A stretch of 64,000 bases of DNA from Macrostomum lignano (lineage: Eukaryota), in the NCBI GenBank assembly GCA_002269645.1, contig NIVC01000619.1, positions 62,001 to 126,000 on the forward strand, written 5' to 3'. Within the stretch, counting starts at the first letter, position 1, and each line of letters begins with the position of its first letter. Shown here piece by piece: positions 55,611 through 64,000 of this stretch. A program made the translations under genes and the position numbers. Below the pieces are notes generated by a model that saw only the letters and a list, made by a program, of their open reading frames with translations, had not been told where the DNA came from and did no database searches.

Positions 55611-56455
55611 ATGGACTCAGTTAATAACGAAAATCGGCTATATTTTATAGCAGAGGTTGTAGACACTCTAGGTTTAGATGATAATAAACATAGTCACACA
55701 ATGTTAAAAAGATTGGATCGCTTAGGCAAAAAACTTGACTACGACATCAATACATTTAAACTTGCTTCAAAATATGCACAAGAAGGAAGGCCATATCCTT
55801 TAAGAACCGTGGTAAAAATTATCGGCTAACAGATTCTGATGTGAAATTTTTATTGAAGACTCACACTAAAAAGGACGGTGGATTGCGTGTATTACCCCTT
55901 GCAACTTTGCTCCCAATAATTTTTGGAGGAATTGCCGCAGCCGGAGGAGTTGCTGGTGGAGCGGCAGGAGTTGCAAAAGCAGCAAATGACAAAAAAGCTG
56001 CGGATGAAAAAGCTAAAAGAGATGCCGAATTTCAAAGACAGCAAATAACGCAGGATGCTCAATTCAAACAGAAACTCATAGACACCATTAATAGTAGTTC
56101 AGCAACAGCAGAGCAAAAAAGAAATGCAGAAGCTAGGTTAGCAGCCGGAGAAGGTTTAATTTTAAAAGGAACGACCCAAGGAAGCGGAGTTGTCGCGGAT
56201 AAACTACATGAGTTTGGGCGAACTTTAGAAAAAACGGGTGAGAAAGCTAAAGGATTTTTTGACAATATTGGAGCTAATTGTAGACCGGCTGTTCAGAAGA
56301 TTTTTAATGAATTGGGAAAAGATTTTAACATCATTGAAAAACATGACGGAAGCGGATTATATCTCGAAATGCGACCAAAAGCAGGTTCAGGAATCTTCTT
56401 AAATTCAAACGTTATGGGCAGCGGATTACTGTTACCAAAAGCGGATCTCGAATAA
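55611..56455 (+). CDS. Polinton/adintovirus pX-like (putative membrane-active, protease-processed virion) protein; ORFs 55611-55829 and 55841-56455 probably one gene
   Basis: Adding one T at 55799-55801 fuses the ORFs (EGRPYPFKNRGKNYRLTDSDVKFLLK). KDGGLRVLPLATLLPIIFGGIAAAGG resembles adenovirus pX RGGILPLLIPLIAAAIG; C-terminal repeats GEGLIL, GSGVV, GSGLYL, GSGIFL, GSGLLL. Confidence 0.7.
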
Positions 56456-56489
56456 ATACGAGCGTATTATATAAATTTTATTCTATAAA

Positions 56490-56711
56490 ATGGAACAAAG
56501 ACTGACCCCAGATCAAATTCGACAACTTCTTGCAAACGAGCGCGAACAGTTCAATCGATTACAAAGACAGGTTGAACAAATTAAACAGCGCCAAAGACAA
56601 AGACAAAGACAGAGAGCAATAGAAAGACAGAGAGCGAGAGAAAGAGAAAGAAAAAGACAAAAAGAAAGACAAATAGAAGATCAGCAAATAAAAGAATTAG
56701 CAAATAACTAG
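56490..56711 (+). CDS. Coiled-coil (R/Q/E-rich) viral-type ORF, 3'-truncated by the Helitron-like insertion
   Basis: Starts after ttctataaaATG; its TAG stop is supplied by the ACTAG terminus of the next element. Confidence 0.5.
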   Translation: MEQRLTPDQIRQLLANEREQFNRLQRQVEQIKQRQRQRQRQRAIERQRARERERKRQKERQIEDQQIKELANN

Positions 56712-57008
56712 CAATCTACGCCCCCCGTTGGGGAGCCAAAGAAATGCAATACACGTTTTTTTAATAAGCTACATGTATCCTTAAAATCTTAAAAAATCTC
56801 CTGTCAAACCTTGTAAGCCTTGACATGTCAGTTATCCCCCCCACAAGCTTTAACATATCAACTTCCCCCCTTGACATCTCAGCAATGCCCCCAATAAGCC
56901 TTGGAAATCTAAAAATATCTGTCAACCTTCTAACCCTAACCCTAACCCTAAAGCATTGAAATTTCAGTAATTCTCTCTAAGAGTCATTATAGCACTACTA
57001 CAGCATTA

Positions 57009-57344
57009 CAGGGGCGTAACCAGAGGGGGGCAAGGGGGGCCGTGGCCCCCCCATAATCACCAACTCTGGCCTTGGCGCCCCCCCCCTAAAAGAAACTGGC
57101 GCCCCCCTTAAAGAAACTGGCGCCCCCCTCCTAAAAGAAACTGGCGCCCCCTATAAGAAACTGGCGCCCGCCCTAAAATAAACTGGCGCCCCCCTAAAAG
57201 AAACTGGCGCCCCCTAAAAGAAACTGGCGCCCCCCTAAAAGAAACTGGCGCCCCCCTACAAGAAACTGGCGCCCCCCCCCTATAAGAAGCTGGCGCCCCC
57301 TAACTCAAGGCCCCCCCCAAACAAAATTCCTGGCTACGCCCCTG
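57009..57344. mobile_element. 336-bp hAT MITE with 15-bp TIR and 8-bp TSD
   Basis: CAGGGGCGTAACCAG ... CTGGCTACGCCCCTG (1 mismatch); TSD CAGCATTA at 57001-57008 and 57345-57352; internal ~20-bp ctggcgccccctaaaagaaa repeats. Confidence 0.93.
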
Positions 57345-58199
57345 CAGCATTATAGCGATTCCTTGCAAGCCTCAACATCGTAGGGATTCCCAAATGAATC
57401 TCTTAACTTCGACATGAAGCTTCTTTTATTTTTTACATTACGCTTTTTTATCAGCGATCCCTCCCCTGAGGAGGCATCAAATAATGTAATAAAAAGTTTT
57501 CAATAAACTACATGTAGCTTCTGACTTTAGCCTTGATATCTCATTTATACCCCCGTGAGCCTTGACATCTCAGCTATTCCCCCCGTAAGCCTTGACATGT
57601 CAGCAATGGCCCCCATAAACCTTCAAATCTAAAAAAATCCCCTGTTAACCTTGAAATCCGATAAAATATAACCCTCAACCCACACCTGACCTAAACCTAA
57701 CTTTAACCGAACCTAAAGCCTTGAAATCTCAGCAATTCTTCTCCCCTAAGCCTTGACATTTTAGTGATTCCTTCTTTAAGAATCACAGCACTATAACGAT
57801 TTCCACCAAGCTTTGACATCGTAGCAATTCCCAAATGAATCTTTTAACTTCGACATGACTTTTCTTTATGTATACATAGTGCTACTTTTATTTTTTACAT
57901 GACTTTTCTTCTATCAGCGCCCCCGTGACGAGCCAACAAAGAATGCAATAAAAAAATGGAGTAAAGTACATGAACTTTGAAGTAGCTTCTGACTTTTGCT
58001 TTGACATCTCAGAAACCCCCCCCCCCGTAATCTCAGTTATTCTCTGAGAGCCTTTACGTCTCAGTTTTTCTCCCCAGCACAGCATTATAGTTGCATTTAA
58101 TTTTTACATGAACCCTTCATGTCTGACATGACGTTTCTTTTATTCTACCGTGACGCTTCTTAATTTTTTAAATGACACTTTCATTAGTTTTAAATGAGG

Positions 58200-59415
58200 C
58201 TTCTATGATTTTTTCTTGACGCTTCTATGATTTTTACATGACGCTTGTATGATTGTTTACATGACGCTTCTATGATTGTTTACATGACGCTTCTATGATT
58301 GTTTACATGACGCTTCTATGATTGTTTACATGACGCTTCTATGATTGTTTACATGACGCTTCTATGATTTTTACATGACGCTTCTATGATTGTTTACATG
58401 ACGCTTCTATGATTTTTACATGACGCTTCTATGATTGTTTAAATGACGCTTCTATGATTGTTTACATGACGCTTCTATGATTTTTTAAATGATGCTTCTA
58501 TGATTTTTAACATAACGCTTCTATGATTTTTTACATGGCATTTCTATGATTTTTTACATGACGCTTCTATGATTGTTTACATGACGCTTCTATGATTTTT
58601 TACATGACGCTTCTATGATTTTTTAAATGACGCTTCTATGATTTTTTAAATGACGCTTCTATGATTGTTTACATGACGCTTCTATGATTGTTTACATGAC
58701 GCTTCTATGATTTTTTAAATGACGCTTCTATGATTTTTTAAATGACGCTTCTATGATTGTTTACATGACGCTTCTATGATTGTTTACATGACGCTTCTAT
58801 GATTTTTTACATGACGCTTCTACGATTTTTTACATGACGCTTCTATGATTGTTTACATGACGCTTCTACGATTTTTATATGACGCTTCTATGATTGTTTA
58901 CATGACGCTTCTATGATTGTTTACATGACGCTTCTATGATTGTTTACATGACGCTTCTACGATTTTTTAAAAGACGCTTCTATGATTTTTTAATGACGCT
59001 TCTATGATTTTTTACATGACGCTTCTATGATTTTTTACATGACGCTTCTATGATTGTTTACATGACGCTTCTATGATTGTTTACATGACGCTTCTATGAT
59101 TGTTTACATGACGCTTCTATGATTGTTTACATGACGCTTCTATGATTGTTTACATGACGCTTCTATGATTGTTTACATGACGCTTCTATGATTGTTTACA
59201 TGACGCTTCTATGATTTTTTAAATGATGCTTCTATGATTTTTAACATGACGCTTCTATGATTTTTTACATGACGCTTCTATGATTTTTTAAATGACGCTT
59301 CTATGATTTTTTAAATGACGCTTCTATGATTGTTTACATGACGCTTCTATGATTTTTTAAATGATGCTTCTATGATTTTGTAAATGACGCTTCTATGATT
59401 TTTACATGACGCTTC
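58200..59415. repeat. 23-24 bp satellite (tacatgacgcttctatgatt[g/t]tt) inside Helitron-like copy 1
   Basis: ~50 units; same family at 61615-62155. Confidence 0.96.
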
Positions 59416-59979
59416 TTTTTAAAAAGTCTTTTAGTTTTCCTGACGTTGAAAAGCTTTAATTAAAAAAATTATACTCTATGAAAATTCAAACCATCGTCAC
59501 TGCATTTAGCAGTTCAATTTGTTCACCTTTAGGCTAGCTCTCATCGTTTTGATAACATCAACTTTTGCACTTATATAACTCAACACTTTTAAATCCAAGC
59601 ATAGAGTAAATCACACGAAGCAGTTATGACATAATCAGTTTCTCAGTCAGTCAGTATCAGTTAACAATATGGTTACGCAATTTCCACACTTCCACACTGC
59701 ATTTTCAATTCAAGTCGGAGTTACAATTCAGTTATGATGCAATCTATTTCAGAGTCAGAATTCAACCAGTCATTTTTTTCTCTAGCATTCTTACAATGCA
59801 TTTTTCAAGTCAAAAAGTTTGCTTGACCTTTGCAAAAAAGCATGTTTTTCGAATATTTAATGCCTTTAGCATCGAGCAATTTCTTAGCCACGATGCATGT
59901 ACCGTCACGGGAAAATTTCTGATCGAACAGTGCAAGTTCGAACAAAATCGGTCCAGCCATTTTTTCTCTAATCGATCAC

Positions 59980-60016
<37 letters not shown>

Positions 60017-60044
60017 CACAGACAGACCATTTTTAGTATATAGG

Positions 60045-62778
60045 ACTAGCAATCTACGCCCCCCGTTGGGGAGCTAAAGAAATGAAATACACGTTTTTTT
60101 AATAAGCTACATGTAGCCTTGAAATCTTAAAAAATCTCCTGTCAAACTTCTAATAGCTTTATAACCCTTACCCTAAACATAACCCTAATTTAATATTTTG
60201 TCCATGAGTTTTTGCATGATGCTTCTATGATTTTTTGCATGACGCTTACATGATTTTTCACATGACGCTTCCAATATTTTTGCATGACGCTTCTATGATA
60301 AACATTTTTAATAAGCTACATGAGCTAAGTTATAAGCTACCCTAACCCTAGCACAAACCCGAATCTTAACGCTATAACCCTAACCCTAACCCTATACCCT
60401 AACACCAACGCTAACACTAACCCTACAGCCTGACATCTGCATAAGTTTGTGAAGCGCTAGTAGTATTTTTTAGCTTAGTATCTTAGCGTTTGGGAGCCAA
60501 AAAATGGAGTACAAGTTTTGTAATAAGCTACATGTAGCATCTCTTTGCAATAATATACTGCTTTGAAAGCAGTCCCTTGTGAGCATTGACATGTCAGTAA
60601 TTCCCCCCCCCCACAAGCTTCAACATATCAACTTCCCCCTTGACATCTCAGCGATGCTCCCCATAAGCCATGAAATCTAAAAAAATCTGTCAACTTTCTA
60701 ACCCTAACCCTAGCCCTAACCCTAACCCTAACCCTAACCCTAACCTAAATAACCCTAACCTAACCCTAAAACATTGACATTTCAGTAATTCTCTCTAAGA
60801 GTCATTATAGCACTCTTGGAGAGAATAGCGATAGCGATTCCCCGCAAGCCTCGACATCCAAATGAATCTCTTAACTTCGACATGAAGCTTCTTTTATTTT
60901 TTACATTACGCTTTTTCTATCAGTGATCCCTCCTGTGAGGAGCCAACAAATAATGAAAAAATGTTGTCAATAAACTACATGTAGCTTCTGATTTTAGCCT
61001 TGACATCTCATTTATTCCCCCATGAGCCTTGACATCTCAGCTATTCCCCCCGTAAGCCTTGACATGTCAGCGATGCCCCCCATAAACCTTGATATCTGAA
61101 AAATCCCCTGTTAACCTTGAAACACGTAAAACCCGTAGAATCCCCTGTAAAATCTAACCCTCAACCCAAACCTAACCTAAACCTAACTTTAAACCAACCT
61201 AAAGCCTTGAAATCTCAGCAATTCTTCTCCCCTAAGCCTTGACAATTTAGTGATTCTTTCTTTAAGAATCACGTACAGCACTATAGCGATTCCCTCCAAG
61301 CCTTGACATCGTAGCAGTTCCTAAATGAATCTTTTAACTTCAACATGACTCTTCTTTTATGTATACGTAGTGCTTCTTTTCTTTTTTACATGACTCTTCT
61401 TCTATCAGCGCCCCCCATGGCAAGCCAACAAATAATGTAATAAAAAATTGAGTAAACTACATGTACTTTGAAGTAGCTTCTGACTTTTGCTTTGACATCT
61501 CAGAAACCCTCCCTGTAATCTCAGTTATTCTCCGTGAGCCTTGACATCTCAGTAATTCTCCCCAGCACAGCACAATAGCTTCATTTAATTTTTACATGAC
61601 ACTTCTTTCATATCTGACATGACGCTTCTTTTGATTTTTACATGACGCTTCTTTTATTCTTCCATGACGCTTCTATGATTTCTTAAATGACACTTCCATT
61701 AGTTTTTATATAAGGCTTCTATGATTTTTACATGACGCTTCTATGATTTTTTACATGACGCTTCTATGATTTTTTACATTACGCTTCTATGATTTTTTAC
61801 ATGACGCTTCTATGATTGTTTACATGACGCTCCTATGATTTTTTACATGACGCTTCTATGATTTTTTACATGACGCTTCTATGATTGTTTACATGACGCT
61901 TCTATGATTGTTTACATGACGCTTCTATGATTGTTTACATGACGCTTCTATGATTGTTTACATGACGCTTCTATGATTTTTTACATGATGCTTCTATGAT
62001 TTTTTAAATGACGCTTCTACGATTTTTTACATGACGCTCCTATGATTTTTTACATGACGCTTCTATGATTGTTTACATGACGCTTCTATGATTGTTTACA
62101 TGGCGCTTCTATGATTGTTTACATGACGCTTGTATGATTTTTACATGACGCTTCTTTTTAAAAAGTCTTTTAGTTTTCCTGACGTTGAAAAGCTTTAATT
62201 AAAAAAATTATACTCTATGAAAATTCGAACCAAACTGCATTTAGCAGTTCAGTTTGTTCACCTCTAGGCTAGCTCTCATCGTTTTGATAACATCAAATTT
62301 TGCACTTATATAATTCAACACTTGAAAATCCAAGCATAGAGTAAATCACACGAAGCAGTTATGACATAATCTGTTTCTCAGTCAGTCAGTATCAGTTAAC
62401 AATTTGGTTACGCAATTTAAATCAAGTCTGGTGCTACACTTCCACACTGCATTTTCAATTCAAGTCGGAGTTACAATTCAGTTATGATGCAATCTATTTC
62501 AGAATCAGAATTCAACCAGTCAGTTTTTTCTCTAGCATTCTTACAATGCATTTCAAGTCGAAAAGTTTGCTTGACCTTTGCAAAAAAGCATGTTTTTCGA
62601 ATATTTAATCCCTTTAACATGAAGCAATTTCTTAGTCAAGATGCATGTACCGTCACGGGAAAATTTCTGATCGAACAGTGCAAGTCTCATGAAAATCGGT
62701 TAAGCCATTTTTTCTCTAATCGATTACAAGCAAGCAAGCAAGCAAGAGTTTCATTTCTCATGATTTCATGGATAGAAT
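60045..62778 (+). mobile_element. Non-autonomous Helitron-like element, copy 2 (head-to-tail with copy 1)
   Basis: Same ACTAGCAATCTACGCC start at 60045; same module order; lacks the hAT MITE; ends aaaatcggttaagcc...(gcaa)n...catggatagaat; (CCCTAA)n at ~60370-60420 and 60700-60768; satellite 61615-62155. Confidence 0.7.
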
Positions 62779-62879
62779 CTCTGCTCTCTACAAGTAACAA
62801 AAAGACACCCAAATAAAGCCTTCACAAAGATGACAGACAAACTGCTCAAATAAAGTGTAATACAAAAAGAAATCATCCC

Positions 62880-63130
62880 AAGACAGCAAGCATTCCCCAG
62901 ATAGCAAGCATCCCCCAGATTGCAAGCATCCCCCAGATAGCAAGCATCCCCCAGATTGCAAGCATCCCCCAGATAGCAAGCATCCCCCAGATTGCAAGCA
63001 TCACCCAGATAGCAAGCATCCCCCAGATTGCAAGCATCCCTTAGATAGCAAGCATCCCCCAGATAGGAAGCATCCCCCCTCCCGGATAGCAAGCATCCCC
63101 CAGATAGCAAGCATCTCCAAATAGTAAGCA
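62880..63130. repeat. 20-bp minisatellite (gcaagcatcccccagat[a/t])
   Basis: Tandem units. Confidence 0.92.
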
Positions 63131-63234
63131 TCCACCATACAATAAGTAGCTAGTGCTACAATTTCCTTAGCTCTATAGTGGCTCCTTTAAAATTAGCATG
63201 ACGCTTACTTTTACGTTTGAAATTGTGTAAATTT

Positions 63235-63910
63235 TATGTTTGACATGGTGGCTCTTTAATGATTGACATGGTGGCTCTTTTATGTTTGACATGGTGGCTC
63301 TTTTATGTTTGACATGATGGCACTTTTATGTTTGACATGGAGTCACATATATGTTAGACATGGTGGCTCTTTAATGTTTGACATGATGGCTCTTTTATGT
63401 TTCACATGGTGGCTCTTTAATGTTTTGACATGGTGGCTCTTTAAATGTTTGACATGGTGGCTGTTTTATGTTTGACATGGTGGCTCTTTTATGTTTGACA
63501 TGGTGGCTCTTTAATGTTAGACATGGTGGCTCTTTATTGTTTGACCTGGTGGCACCTTAATGTAATGATGGCTCTTTAATGTTTGAAATTGTGGCTCTTT
63601 AATGTTGGACGTGGTGGCTCTATAATGTTCGACATGGTGGCTCTTTAATTTTTGACATGGTGGCTCTTTAATGTTCGACATGGTGGCTCTTTAATGATAG
63701 ACATGGTGGCTCTTTAATGTTCGACATGGTGGCTCTTTAATGTTAGACATGGGGGCTCTTTAATGTTAGACATGATGGCTTTTTAATGTTCGACATGGTG
63801 GCTCTTTAATGTTTGACATGATGGCTCTTTTATGTTTGACATGGAGTCACATATATGTTTGATATGGTGGCTCTTTAATGTTAGACATTGCGGCTCTTTA
63901 ATGTTTGACA
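63235..63910. repeat. ~23-bp minisatellite (gacatggtggctctttaatgttt)
   Basis: ~28 degenerate units. Confidence 0.93.
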
Positions 63911-63961
63911 GTGTGCTTTTTTGTGTTTAGCATTTTGTGTTTTTAAGGTTTTTGAATAAAA

Positions 63962-64000
63962 AAATCTTTTTGCACTACTAAGATTCGAACCCAGGTCGCT
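63962..64000 (-). other. tRNA/SINE-like 3' half (B box), cut by window edge
   Basis: Revcomp AGCGACCTGGGTTCGAATCTTAGTAGTGC contains GGTTCGAATC. Confidence 0.35.

Larger units (their letters stand above)
54963..56711 (+). mobile_element. Polinton/Maverick (adintovirus-like) remnant: cluster of small virion-type genes
   Basis: AT-rich, intronless, head-to-tail ORFs with TAAATG / TATAAAAATG starts; pX-like GG..LP..IFGGIAAAGGVAGGAAGVAKAAND motif; many xGxG motifs; possible AGTAGT terminus at 54963. No polB, integrase, ATPase or capsid gene in window. Confidence 0.72.
56707..60044 (+). mobile_element. Non-autonomous Helitron/Helentron-associated element (Lep1/DINE-like), copy 1
   Basis: Begins ACTAGCAATCTACGCCCCCCGTTGGG; ends CAAAATCGGTCCAGCC (59943-59958), (GATA)n/gaca, ttttagtatatagg; internal (CCCTAA)n and 23-24 bp satellite; ~3.3 kb homologous to the following copy. 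Confidence 0.7.

Noticed and set aside
56931-60768. (CCCTAA)n as evidence of a chromosome end
   Set aside because: Short interstitial blocks embedded at homologous positions in a repeated element.

Overview
Eukaryotic (metazoan) genomic DNA. GC3-rich exons with Gln/Ala/Gly runs, dozens of young mini/microsatellites and TTAGGG fragments suggest a flatworm such as Macrostomum (inference from style only). Eight protein-coding genes can be built from the sequence: GPAT3/4 acyltransferase (-), a DEG/ENaC channel (-), a claudin/PMP22-like protein (+), an orphan Cys-rich secreted protein (-), an SK/KCNN channel (-), an AFAP1-like double-PH adaptor (+, 7 exons incl. three micro-exons), an MS4A/CD20-like protein (+), and the 3' end of a Shaw/Kv3 channel (-). 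Most long ORFs in the supplied track are satellite artefacts. Most notable accessory DNA: (1) a decayed Polinton/Maverick (adintovirus-like) virion-gene cluster in the Shaw intron, truncated by a tandem pair of satellite-laden non-autonomous Helitron-like elements; (2) a 297-bp MITE (14-bp TIR, 8-bp TSD) carrying a degenerate 28S rRNA core segment scrambled mainly at the R2/I-PpoI site; (3) minisatellites seeded from adjacent functional sequence (tRNA/SINE A box, a stop codon, a splice donor, a MITE subterminal motif); (4) a CpG-poor, TpA-rich block. Single-base deletions in short homopolymers in GPAT, ENaC and the viral ORF look like long-read consensus errors.
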